Shown here piece by piece: positions 1-8,541 of a stretch of 21,708 nt of DNA. The stretch comes from Armatimonadota bacterium (GTDB taxonomy: Bacteria; Armatimonadota; UBA10988). Position 1 is the stretch's first letter. Each line of letters begins with the position of its first letter. The translations under genes and the position numbers were made by a program. The stretch covers positions 1 to 21,708 of the forward strand of contig JACRKZ010000173.1 in the NCBI GenBank assembly GCA_016235455.1. Direction: 5' to 3'. A model generated the notes under the pieces. That model was given only the letters and a program-made list of their open reading frames with translations. It was not told the origin of the DNA and searched no databases.

Positions 1-516
1 CAGCTCGCCGACCAGCAGCTGCCGCAGCTCGGCCACGCGCGCGCGCGGCCAGTTACTCACGCCCAGCGCGCGGGTCATGCCGTGATCGCGCAGACGCCCG
101 AGAGCATCGGCGATGTCGGCCACTGGCTAGCGCGGGTCATCGCGATGGAGCAGGAAGGTGTCGACGCGGGTCTTCAGCCGGTCGTGGCTCTCCAGCAGGT
201 CGGTCATCAGCAGATCGGGCGACAGGTAGCGAGCCGGCCGCGGGTACAGGTGGCCAGCGTCAGGATGGCCGCCCTTGGTGGTCACCCGCGCCTCGCTCAG
301 CCCGACATCGCGCAACGCGAGATCGCGCAGCGCGAGATCGCGCAGCGCCTGGCCCAGCGCACGCTCGCTGCCGCCCAGCCCGCCGGGGATCCAGCAGGCG
401 TAGACATGCGCGGTATCGAAGTCACGCCCGCCCAGCTGCCAGAAGCGCTGTACCAGCGCGGCGGCGGCGGCTGGTTCCAGCTTGTGCCCGAGGTCGGCGG
501 CGCCTAAGATGATCAT
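1..516 (-). pseudogene. Aldo/keto reductase family protein interrupted by an in-frame TAG at 127-129; 3' end outside the window
   Basis: Translation has AKR motifs with the catalytic tetrad D/Y/K/H (FDTAHVY, SERALG, VTTKGG, LLHRDDP). After the TAG the same frame continues PVADIADALGRLRDHGMTRALGVSNWPRARVAELRQLLVGEL, the expected AKR continuation, to base 1. Confidence 0.8.
307..351. repeat. Three imperfect tandem copies of a 15-bp unit inside the AKR gene
   Basis: atcgcgcaacgcgag / atcgcgcagcgcgag / atcgcgcagcgcctg; encodes ALRDL-ALRDL-ALRDV on the minus strand. Confidence 0.85.
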
Positions 517-524
517 GGTGCGCG

Positions 525-553
525 AGCGTAGCGCCGCCGCCGCCCGGCGTCAA
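525..553 (-). promoter_or_regulatory. Putative sigma70-type promoter for the AKR gene (near-leaderless)
   Basis: Minus strand TTGACG (553-548), 17-bp spacer, TACGCT (530-525); ATG at 516 lies 8 nt beyond the -10, no Shine-Dalgarno. Confidence 0.55.
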
Positions 554-566
554 GGGAGACCCAAGC

Positions 567-1898
567 ATGGCCCGACCCAACATCCTGCTCATCCATTGCC
601 ACGACCTGGGGCAGCATCTGGGTTGCTACGGCATCGACACGGTGCGCACGCCGCATCTCGACCGGCTGGCCGAGCAGGGCGTGCGCTTCGCTAGCAGTTA
701 CTGCTCCGCGCCGTCGTGTAGCCCGTCGCGCGCCAGCATCTTCACCGGTCGCTGGCCGCACAGCAACGGCGTTATGGGCCTGTGCCATGCCGACTTCGCC
801 TGGGACCTGCACGACGACGAGCAGCATCTGGCGCAACTGCTGGGCCGCGCCGGCTACGCCACCGCGGCGGTGGGCGTCATCCACGAGACGGCCGCCGGAG
901 CCGATCGTTGCGGCTACCAGCGCTACGCCGCGCCGGCTCGTGCCGCTGTGGCCACCGAGTCCGCGTTGGGTCTGCTGGGCGAACTGACCACGGGCGAGGC
1001 GCCGTGGTTCCTGTGCGTCGGCTTCGTCGAGCCACATCGGCTACCGCAGGTGCATCCCGACACGGGCATCGCCGGCGACAACAGCTTCCCTGGGCCCGGA
1101 CTGGCACCGGACGACCGGCTCGGCGTGCAGATCCCGCCCTACCTGGCCGACACGCCCGGCACGCGCTGGGAGCTGGCCGGGCTGCAAGGCGCGCTGGCCG
1201 AAGTCGACCGCAACGTCGGCCGCCTGCTGGCCGAACTGGACCAGCGGGGCGTGGCCGAGGACACGCTGGTGGTCTTCACCACCGACCATGGCATCGCCAT
1301 GCCCAGAGCCAAGTGCTCACTGTACGAGCCGGGCGTGAGCACCGCCTTGCTCCTGCGCCTGCCCAGCCGGGCCGGCTGGCATGGCGGCCGCGTGCTCGAT
1401 CCGCTGGTGAGCAACATCGACTACCTGCCGACGCTGCTCGAGCTGGTCGGCCAGCCGACGCCCGTCGGCGTGCAGGGGCAGTCGCTCGCCCCGCTGCTCG
1501 ACGGCGGCGCCTACGAGCCGCGGCAGCATCTGTTCTGCGAGATGACTTACCACGACTACTACGACCCGCGGCGCTCGGTGCGCGATGGCCGTTACAAGCT
1601 CATCGCCAACTTCACCAGCGCGCCGGAGTTCATGGACTGCTCGCAGAGCTGGCGACCGGTCTCCGACGTGGCCAGCGGCAACCACGCCGTCAGCTACCAT
1701 CCGCCCGTGGAGTTGTACGACCTGGTCGAGGACCCCGCCGAACTGGTCGATCGCGCAAGCGATCCGGCCCTGGCGAGCGTGCGCGCCGACCTGCTGGCAC
1801 ACTTGGGTCAGCACCTGCGGGCGACGGACGACCCCATCCTGTCGGGCGCGATCAGCAACCCGCTGGCGGCGCGGACCCTGGCCCTGTTGGCCACCTAG
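567..1898 (+). CDS. Formylglycine-dependent (Cys-type) sulfatase, N-sulfoglucosamine sulfohydrolase-like; no signal peptide
   Basis: PNILLIHCHDLG start, CSPSRASIFTGR (CxPxR motif), DHGIAMPRAKCSLYEPG, ELYDL..DP.E C-terminal motif; GGGAG upstream of ATG. Confidence 0.93.
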   Translation: MARPNILLIHCHDLGQHLGCYGIDTVRTPHLDRLAEQGVRFASSYCSAPSCSPSRASIFTGRWPHSNGVMGLCHADFAWDLHDDEQHLAQLLGRAGYATAAVGVIHETAAGADRCGYQRYAAPARAAVATESALGLLGELTTGEAPWFLCVGFVEPHRLPQVHPDTGIAGDNSFPGPGLAPDDRLGVQIPPYLADTPGTRWELAGLQGALAEVDRNVGRLLAELDQRGVAEDTLVVFTTDHGIAMPRAKCSLYEPGVSTALLLRLPSRAGWHGGRVLDPLVSNIDYLPTLLELVGQPTPVGVQGQSLAPLLDGGAYEPRQHLFCEMTYHDYYDPRRSVRDGRYKLIANFTSAPEFMDCSQSWRPVSDVASGNHAVSYHPPVELYDLVEDPAELVDRASDPALASVRADLLAHLGQHLRATDDPILSGAISNPLAARTLALLAT

Positions 1899-3076
1899 CC
1901 GTCTTGCGACGGGGTCTCCACGCGGTCGCCCGGCCGGCGCTCCAGCTCGGCCCGGCGCTGGTCGACGATGCGTGCCAGCTCGTCGCGCTGCCGCCGGTAC
2001 ATGACGTCGAGTTCATCAGAGTAGCCCGGCAGGATCCACGGCCGACGGCCAAACACCTCGGCGAGCAACTCCTCGACCTGCGACTGCTTGCCCCCGAGCT
2101 CCAACAGCCGGCCCGTGCGGTCGGCCAGCACGGCGGCGAACTCCTTGCCCGCGGGGACGAAGTTGACGCGGCGCTGGACAACCTTCTCATAGGCCCACAG
2201 CACATCGTCCAGCGGCATCACGTCGAGCCCGGTGAAGCGGGGCCGGGCCACCCAGCGCGAGGTGACCACGTTCGGGCCGATCTCGCGGCGCGTGCCATCG
2301 CTGCCCACCTCGACCATGAGCGACGTGGCCAGATCCTCGGCGCGACCATACCGGCTCAGCAGCCGACAGGTCCAGTGGCGTTCGCGCGAGCCGATGCGAC
2401 CCAGCGCGGTCACCACGCAGCCCAGCCCGATGAGCACGAACAGCGCGCCGAAGCCCAGACCCAGGTAGCCGCCCAACCGGTAATTGTCCACGCTGATCAG
2501 GACGGGCAGCAACTCGGTTACCTGGTCCAGCTCCAGCTTCGTGCGTTCCTCGCGGGTGATGGCGCGCAGCTCGCCGGTAAAGCGGCCGGGCTCCTTGACC
2601 TCCCGCGGCACACGCAACAGCACCGCCTTGGTGGCCTCGGGCAGGATGTCCTCGGGCAGCTTGTTATGCTTGCCAAAGTAGGCCTTGGCCGCGGCGATCT
2701 CGGCCTCCGTGGCCGGCCGTGTGTCGGGCTTGGCGCCTTTGGGCGCGGGCGAGAGCACTCTGTGCAACCGGAAGCCCAAGGGCACGTAGTGGTAGTACTG
2801 CGTCGAGGCCTTCTGCCCCTCGACCCTCGACGTGCCAATGGCCACCGGCACCCGCTTGCACTCGAAGGTCACCCAGCGCTTGTTGGTCTGGGCCAGCGGA
2901 TCGGTCATGCGGGCCAGGTCGCTGTCGGCCAAGGCGAACGGCCCATGCCGGAAGTTGTACCAGTACCGTGCGTGCAGCCCGAACAGCGCCGCCACACCGA
3001 CCAGCAACAGCAGGCCGGTCAGCAGCAGGTTGCGGTTGCCCCGCGCCAAATGCCGTGAAAGGTAGTCATCGAACAT
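1895..3076 (-). CDS. Membrane protein of unknown function (possibly DUF6709-like), two predicted TM helices
   Basis: Start moved to ATG 3076 (MFDDYL) because AGGAGG precedes it; hydrophobic segments LLLTGLLLLVGVAALFGL and GYLGLGFGALFVLIGLGCVVTAL; C-terminal WAYEKVVQRRVNFVPAGK resembles, from memory, DUF6709 proteins (family call tentative). Stop overlaps the sulfatase stop in CTAG (1895-1898). Confidence 0.75.
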   Translation of the reverse strand: MFDDYLSRHLARGNRNLLLTGLLLLVGVAALFGLHARYWYNFRHGPFALADSDLARMTDPLAQTNKRWVTFECKRVPVAIGTSRVEGQKASTQYYHYVPLGFRLHRVLSPAPKGAKPDTRPATEAEIAAAKAYFGKHNKLPEDILPEATKAVLLRVPREVKEPGRFTGELRAITREERTKLELDQVTELLPVLISVDNYRLGGYLGLGFGALFVLIGLGCVVTALGRIGSRERHWTCRLLSRYGRAEDLATSLMVEVGSDGTRREIGPNVVTSRWVARPRFTGLDVMPLDDVLWAYEKVVQRRVNFVPAGKEFAAVLADRTGRLLELGGKQSQVEELLAEVFGRRPWILPGYSDELDVMYRRQRDELARIVDQRRAELERRPGDRVETPSQDG

Positions 3077-3079
3077 GGC

Positions 3080-3151
3080 GGCCCCTCCTGCGCCGCGGCC
3101 CGCGCGGTCACCGGAGGGGCCCGCGCGACGCCGCACAGGCAGAATCTAGCA
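3080..3151 (-). promoter_or_regulatory. Putative extended -10 promoter plus 5'UTR hairpin sequestering the Shine-Dalgarno
   Basis: Minus strand TGcTAGATT (3151-3143); 9-bp inverted repeat 3080-3088/3113-3121 with inner 5-bp stem 3093-3097/3103-3107. Confidence 0.45.
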
Positions 3152-3311
3152 CCCGCCCAAGCAGTACGCCACCGTCCGGCCAGGCCCACTGGCAAGGGCG
3201 AGTCGGCCCACCTTACGACGCTGGCCCGTCGAGCGCTTCGTCCGGTCCACCCGCACACCACAACGCGGAACGGCTCGCCGGGCCATGGGGAGCTGCTCGG
3301 CAGCACCCGTC

Positions 3312-3352
3312 CCCAGGCCAGCGCACCAAGCTGCTGGCGCGCTGGGCCTGGG
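3312..3352. terminator. Imperfect GC-rich hairpin downstream of the zinc-ribbon gene
   Basis: cccaggcc-agcgc...gcgct-g-ggcctggg inverted repeat 17 bp beyond the stop at 3370; no U-tract. Confidence 0.35.
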
Positions 3353-3369
3353 CATGGCTGGCCGGACGC

Positions 3370-3987
3370 CTAGTGTCGCGGCATCGGCGCCTGGCCAGCG
3401 ATGGCGGCGATGACCACCAACAGGATGGCGAACACGGCCACGATGAGCAGCAGCACGAACAGCGTGGCCAGGATGCTGAGCAGCGTACAGATGATGAGGA
3501 CCGGGTAGCTGCGCCGATCGGGGTCGGCCAGCCGTTCGGTGTCCGAGGTCGAGGTCCAGGCATGGATCGCGCCGGCCAGGGGGGTCAGCAGCCAGGAGAA
3601 CAGCACGTTGGCCCACCAGTTGCCGCCGCGCATCCAGGTCGCCCACGACAGGCCCACGATGACCGACTCGGAGATGGCCCAGCCCAGCACGCCGTACTGG
3701 CTGGACTTGCCGCTCGCCGAGACCGCCAGCATGCTGGCCGAGGTCAGCAGGACCAGCAAGCCGATCCAGATCGGATGCGCCTCGGTCCGGTACCGCCGCG
3801 GGTCGGTCTCGTAGCGTTCACGACGGTAGCCGGCCGGCGCCGCCGTCAGGCCCGGTTGCGCCGGTCGATGCGTGCCCGGCACCAGTGTGACTTCACCGCA
3901 CAGCGCGCAGGCCAGTTCCTGTCCGGCCAGCTCGGACGATGCCATCAACTCCTGCCCACACCCGCGGCAAGGAAACTTCACGGTCAT
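3370..3987 (-). CDS. N-terminal zinc-ribbon (CX2C-X16-CX2C) membrane protein
   Basis: MTVKFPCRGCGQEL...LACALCG followed by about four hydrophobic segments; GAGGGG upstream of ATG. Confidence 0.8.
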   Translation of the reverse strand: MTVKFPCRGCGQELMASSELAGQELACALCGEVTLVPGTHRPAQPGLTAAPAGYRRERYETDPRRYRTEAHPIWIGLLVLLTSASMLAVSASGKSSQYGVLGWAISESVIVGLSWATWMRGGNWWANVLFSWLLTPLAGAIHAWTSTSDTERLADPDRRSYPVLIICTLLSILATLFVLLLIVAVFAILLVVIAAIAGQAPMPRH

Positions 3988-4067
3988 TCTGGGTTCCCCT
4001 CGTGACGAATTGCAGCTTACCGTTAGCGACGGAACGCGCTGGTCCTTCTCGGAGTTCCCGACCGCTG

Positions 4068-5726
4068 CTACCCGAACGCCTCCAGATACTCGCGCGCCGT
4101 GCGCTCCCAGGTGTAGTCATCGAGGATGAGCCGCGCCCCGCGCAACACCATGGCGCCATAGCGCTTGGGCGAGCGCGCCCACAGGTCAACCGCGGCCCGA
4201 GTGGTCCCGACCAGCGCGGCCACCATCGACTCGAACAGTGGCTGATGCTCGCGACTGTCGTCGGTGCCGGTGTGGTAACGGCTGGTACGCAGGCGCCACC
4301 AATCGTCGACGCTGCCGTCGTCCTCGCGGAACAGGTAGCCCGTCGGCTTGACGCCCTTGGCATGCCAGGCCGAAGCCACGCGCTTGACCGGCTCGGGCAC
4401 GACGCGGTCGATCGGCGCGGGCACGATCTGCTGGGCCAGGCCACCAGTGGCGCGGGCGATGCCCGCCGTGCCGCTGAGGTAGAACTCGTTGGCCGAGCCG
4501 AACGGCTCGTAGAGCGAGGGCATGACACCGTAGGCCGCGCCCGACAGCAGGTCCATGTAGCCGGCGAAGCGGAACGGCAGCGCCAGCACGCGGCCCGGCC
4601 AGCGCGCGGCCAGATCCTGGAGATAGCCCAGCCCGGCCTGTCCTTCGAGCCCCGGCATGGGCAGCATGACAAATTGCGCGCGGCAGCCGTCGGTCAGCAG
4701 CCGGTCGATAGCCGCGGCCAACAGGTCATAGCCCTTCTGCTGCGGGTCGTCGCGCCCGCCCATCAACAGCGGCGCCAGCTTGCCATCCGCGGCCAGCCGC
4801 GCAAACTCGACGCGGTCGCCCCACACCGGCTGGTCGGGCCGCTCGCTCAACGCCGAGAGCTGCGCCACGGCCTGCTGCCAGCGCTCCTTCTTCCAGGCCA
4901 TGAGCGCTGTGGCGCCGTCCTCGGGCGAGCCGGCCAGCAGTTCGGCGGGGATGCACGGTGCGGCGAACCGGCCGTCGTCGACGCCGACGAGGCGGCCGGC
5001 CAAGTGCGGCTGCAGATGCTCGGCGAGGATACGCGCGTGCAGGGGCTCCTGGACCAGGTCGCGGGCAAACTGCCGGCTGACGGTGCAGACCTTCGGCTCG
5101 ACCAGCGGCAGCACGCGCAGCAGCACCGTGCTGACATCGGGTGAACCGGCGGGCGGGCAGTCGTTGGGGCTGATGCCCACCTGGTTGAGGTCGTAGTAGC
5201 GCAGGCCCGCATCATAGCTGTTGTGCAGCGCCAGTTGCAGCCGATGCGGCCGCGCCGAGCCGCCGCGCGCCAGCGCCAGCGCCACCGTCGCCGCCTGCCA
5301 GTCGACGAGGTGCAGGCCCCAGCGTTGACCGGGCGCCAGCATCCACACCGCGCGCGCGACGGCCGCGCCGAACAGCAGCGCATCGCGGGTGAGCTGGCCG
5401 CCCACGCCATACGGGTCGGGCGAGCCGGCGAACAGGTCGGGCTGGTCGGTGGCCACGAAATGCCAGTCGACCTGGCCCTGGCGCAACCGGCGCAGGTTGA
5501 CCGTCACCTGGCGCGGGCCTAGCGGCACGGTGAAGGCCGCCACCAACTCGGTCTCGCCCAGCGACCGCGCCTGGGGCACGGCATGGTGCAGCGGCGTGAA
5601 CACCGAGACCCGCTGGCCCAGCTGCTCGGCCATGGCGCCAGGCAGGTACTTCATCACGGCCGCCACGCCGCCACACGGCGCGAATGGCGTCTCGTAGGCC
5701 ACGATCCCCAGGCGGTCAAAGGTCAT
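4068..5726 (-). CDS. Glycogen/starch synthase-like glycosyltransferase (GT5, GT-B fold), divergent
   Basis: ET.PFAPCGGVAAV (KxGGL equivalent), HLVDWQ (HxHDW equivalent), LHN, TVSRQFA, GRDDPQQKGYDLL, MPSLYEPFG, RATGGL, DYTWERTAREY. Confidence 0.85.
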   Translation of the reverse strand: MTFDRLGIVAYETPFAPCGGVAAVMKYLPGAMAEQLGQRVSVFTPLHHAVPQARSLGETELVAAFTVPLGPRQVTVNLRRLRQGQVDWHFVATDQPDLFAGSPDPYGVGGQLTRDALLFGAAVARAVWMLAPGQRWGLHLVDWQAATVALALARGGSARPHRLQLALHNSYDAGLRYYDLNQVGISPNDCPPAGSPDVSTVLLRVLPLVEPKVCTVSRQFARDLVQEPLHARILAEHLQPHLAGRLVGVDDGRFAAPCIPAELLAGSPEDGATALMAWKKERWQQAVAQLSALSERPDQPVWGDRVEFARLAADGKLAPLLMGGRDDPQQKGYDLLAAAIDRLLTDGCRAQFVMLPMPGLEGQAGLGYLQDLAARWPGRVLALPFRFAGYMDLLSGAAYGVMPSLYEPFGSANEFYLSGTAGIARATGGLAQQIVPAPIDRVVPEPVKRVASAWHAKGVKPTGYLFREDDGSVDDWWRLRTSRYHTGTDDSREHQPLFESMVAALVGTTRAAVDLWARSPKRYGAMVLRGARLILDDYTWERTAREYLEAFG

Positions 5727-5812
5727 CGAGCTCTCCGCGGGTCATTGTACCGCATCGCGACCGGTCGTTGCCGTGCGGGTCGGCTTGTGGTAGGTTGGGC
5801 GACCGAGGATCG

Positions 5813-7117
5813 ATGATGAGCCAAACCACTGAACGCGTTGAGGGCCGGGCCGACAAGAAGGCTCTTTGGGCCTCGCTGATCGTGGCCTGGATGGGCTGGA
5901 TGTTCGACGGCATGGAGATGGGCCTCTACTCCTGGGCCGTGCCGCCCGCCCTGAAGGAACTGCTCCCGCCGGGCACCGATCCCGGCGCGTATGTGGGCTA
6001 CACGGTCGCACTGTTCCTGGTCGGCATGTCTGCTGGCGGCATCCTCTTCGGCCGGCTGGGCGACACGTTGGGCCGAGTCAAGACCATGATCATCACGGTC
6101 ATGGTGTATGCCCTGTTCACCGGGCTCAGCGGCTTCTGCCAGAGTTTCGAGCAGTTGGCCGCGTGCCGCTTCCTCGGTGCCATGGGCCTCGGCGGTGAGT
6201 GGGGCCTGGGCGTGGCGCTGGTCATGGAGACCTGGCCCAACACCACCCGTCCGCTGCTCGCCGGGCTGCTCGGCGGCGCCGCCAACGTCGGCTTCCTCAT
6301 CGCCGCGCTGCTCACCAAGTGGCTGTCGGCTCACACGCAGATCGGCCAGTTCTCCAACTGGCGCGTGGCGCTCATGCTCGGCTTCTTGCCGGCCATCCTG
6401 ACGCTGGTCGTGCGCCTCTTCGTCAAGGAGTCCGAGAAGTTCACCGAGGCCAAGGAGAAGGGCCAGAAGTCGCGCTTCCGCGACCTGTTCGCCGTCGAGC
6501 TCAGGCGCTATTCGCTGGTCGGCATCCTGGTCTCGGCCGTGGCCGTGTTGGGCATGTGGGGCGTCTATCAAGCCTGGCTGCAGCTCTACGTGGGAGACCT
6601 GGTCAAGGCCGGCATGGCGGGCGAGGCGGAGCAGGCCATCAAGGCTGCCCAGGGCAGTGCGCGCGCCGTGGTCGGGCTGTGGATGGCGGTGGGCTCCATC
6701 ATCGGCGCCTTCTTCGGCGGGCTGCTGGCCCAGTCCATGGGTCGCCGCGCCTCCTACTCGCTGTTCTGCGCCGGCGCGCTGGCCTCGAGCCTGCTGCTCT
6801 ACCTGACCTGCGATGCGTTCGGGCCCAAGCTCCTGTTCCTGGCCACCATCGGCGGCGTCTTCTCGGCGTCGTTCTTCGGCTGGCTGCCGCTCTACCTGCC
6901 CGAGCTGTTCCCGACCCGCATCCGCGCCACCGGCGAAGGCCTGACCTTCAACTGCGGTCGTATCATCTCCGCGGTCGGCGTGCTGTTCACCGGACACATC
7001 TCGTCGGCGCTGGGCGGCCCGGCCTACGCCTGTGCCGCCATGTCGCTGGTCTACGTGGTCGGGCTGATCGTCATCAGCCGCGCGCCGGAGACCAAGGGCT
7101 GCGAGCTGCCCGAGTAG
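5813..7117 (+). CDS. Major facilitator superfamily transporter (sugar/carboxylate, NanT/SHS-like)
   Basis: GWMFDG in TM1, GRLGDTLGR motif A, RFLGAMGLGGEW, ETWP..R, ELFPTRIRATG, PETKG; about 12 TM. Start at ATG 5813 or 5816 after GAGG. Confidence 0.93.
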   Translation: MMSQTTERVEGRADKKALWASLIVAWMGWMFDGMEMGLYSWAVPPALKELLPPGTDPGAYVGYTVALFLVGMSAGGILFGRLGDTLGRVKTMIITVMVYALFTGLSGFCQSFEQLAACRFLGAMGLGGEWGLGVALVMETWPNTTRPLLAGLLGGAANVGFLIAALLTKWLSAHTQIGQFSNWRVALMLGFLPAILTLVVRLFVKESEKFTEAKEKGQKSRFRDLFAVELRRYSLVGILVSAVAVLGMWGVYQAWLQLYVGDLVKAGMAGEAEQAIKAAQGSARAVVGLWMAVGSIIGAFFGGLLAQSMGRRASYSLFCAGALASSLLLYLTCDAFGPKLLFLATIGGVFSASFFGWLPLYLPELFPTRIRATGEGLTFNCGRIISAVGVLFTGHISSALGGPAYACAAMSLVYVVGLIVISRAPETKGCELPE

Positions 7118-7140
7118 CCGCGGCCTACCCCCCCAATGCC

Positions 7141-7178
7141 GAAAGCCCCCAGGCGCCAACCGGAGCCTGGGGGCTTTC
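7141..7178. terminator. Bidirectional terminator-like hairpin between convergent genes
   Basis: Perfect 14-bp stem gaaagcccccaggc / gcctgggggctttc with 10-nt loop. Confidence 0.75.
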
Positions 7179-7194
7179 CTGTCTCAGGTGCTGC

Positions 7195-8484
7195 CTAGAC
7201 CAGCGGGGTCTTGCCCGGCATGGCCACGGCGGGTTCGGCCATGGGGCCGAAGCTCGGGTCCTTGCCGCGCCACTCCTCGGGCCAGGTGTCCAGCTCCGAC
7301 TTGTTCATGGCGAAGTCCCAGGTGACTTCCTTGCCGGTGTAGGCCGACATGCGCGCCATGATGCCGATGAGCGAACTCTCGGCCTGCTGCTTGGCCTCAT
7401 TGACCGGATCGCCAGCCAGCATGCTCTGCATGGCGTTGACGTGCTCCAGCACATAGCCGGCGAAGACCTGTGGGTTGTCGAACTTCCACGGGTTGGCGCC
7501 CCAGATCATCTGGCTCGGGTCCACGCGGCCCTTGGTGCCGATGTAGCTGTTGGCGTTCTTGGGCGTCGTGTTGCCCTGCTGGCGGCAACTGCTCATGATG
7601 TGCACGCCGTTCTCGTACTCGTAGTCGGTGACGAAGTGGTCGTAGATGTGACCGAACTCCGGCGCCGTGCGCACCTGGCGACCGCCAACGGCGGTGCACT
7701 TGACGGGCGGGCCGCCCATGATCCAGTGCATGACGTCGAGGTTGTGCACGTGCTGCTCGACGTTGAAGTCGCCCGACAGCCAGGTCATGTAGTACCAGTT
7801 GCGCAGTTGGTACTCGGCATCCGACCATTCCGGCTGGCGCGGCTTGGACCACAGGAAGCCGGTGTTGTAGTACACCTGACCCGCGGTGATATCACCGATG
7901 AACCCGTCATGCACGCGCTTGACCGTCTCGCGATAGCAGGGCGAGTGGCGGTACAGCGTGCCTGCGACGACGGCCAGCTTCTTCTCCGAAGCCTTGGCCG
8001 CGGCGGCCAGCACGCGACGCACGCCGACCGGGTCGACCGCGCAGGGCTTCTCGAAGAAGACGTGCTTGCCCTTCTCGACCGCATACTCAAGGTGCAGCGG
8101 CCGCCAGCCCGGAGGCGTGGCCAGCAGCACGTAGTTGATGTCGGAGTCGATGACCTTCTTGTAGGCGTCGAAGCCCACGAAGCAGCGCTCGGGCGTCAAC
8201 TCCTGCTGCGCGCCCAGCGCCTGGAAGCCCTGACGCGCGCCGTCCAAGCGGTCCTTGAACATGTCGCCCAGCGCCACGACCTTGGCGTTGATCTTGAGCT
8301 GCGCGGCGGCGGCCAACGCGTCGCGCACCGCGCCGGTGCCACGACCACCACAGCCAATGAGGCCGATACGCAGGTTATCCATGCCTTGGGCATGGGCCCG
8401 GCTGCCAACCGCGGCCACGAACGCCGCGGCGGCGGCTGTCGTACCGAGGAATCCACGACGCGTCACGTCGGGGTGCTCGCCCAT
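7195..8484 (-). CDS. Tat-exported Gfo/Idh/MocA family NAD(P)-dependent oxidoreductase
   Basis: Twin-arginine signal TRRGFL...AHA; GLIGCGGRG Rossmann motif; ATPPGWR; EKP; EQHVHNLD; AGGAG upstream. Confidence 0.93.
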   Translation of the reverse strand: MGEHPDVTRRGFLGTTAAAAAFVAAVGSRAHAQGMDNLRIGLIGCGGRGTGAVRDALAAAAQLKINAKVVALGDMFKDRLDGARQGFQALGAQQELTPERCFVGFDAYKKVIDSDINYVLLATPPGWRPLHLEYAVEKGKHVFFEKPCAVDPVGVRRVLAAAAKASEKKLAVVAGTLYRHSPCYRETVKRVHDGFIGDITAGQVYYNTGFLWSKPRQPEWSDAEYQLRNWYYMTWLSGDFNVEQHVHNLDVMHWIMGGPPVKCTAVGGRQVRTAPEFGHIYDHFVTDYEYENGVHIMSSCRQQGNTTPKNANSYIGTKGRVDPSQMIWGANPWKFDNPQVFAGYVLEHVNAMQSMLAGDPVNEAKQQAESSLIGIMARMSAYTGKEVTWDFAMNKSELDTWPEEWRGKDPSFGPMAEPAVAMPGKTPLV

Positions 8485-8525
8485 CTTGTTGTTACTCCTG
8501 CCTGCGGCCCCCAGCCGATGCGCGC

Positions 8526-8534
8526 ATTGTACCA
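8526..8534 (-). promoter_or_regulatory. Putative extended -10 promoter for the oxidoreductase
   Basis: Minus strand TGgTACAAT about 40 nt upstream of ATG 8484. Confidence 0.45.
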
Positions 8535-8541
8535 GACCTGA

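Noticed and set aside
127-129. Pyrrolysine or genome-wide amber recoding as explanation for the AKR internal TAG
   Set aside because: TAG is the normal terminator of ten genes here, falling at expected C-termini, and no pyl genes are in the window.
782-3058. Long alternative-frame and antisense ORFs (782-3058, 6199-8541, 10610-12163, 15402-17441, 20143-21651 and many shorter)
   Set aside because: Arg/Ala/Gly-rich or mirror translations overlapping genes with clear family motifs; expected shadows of high-GC codon bias.
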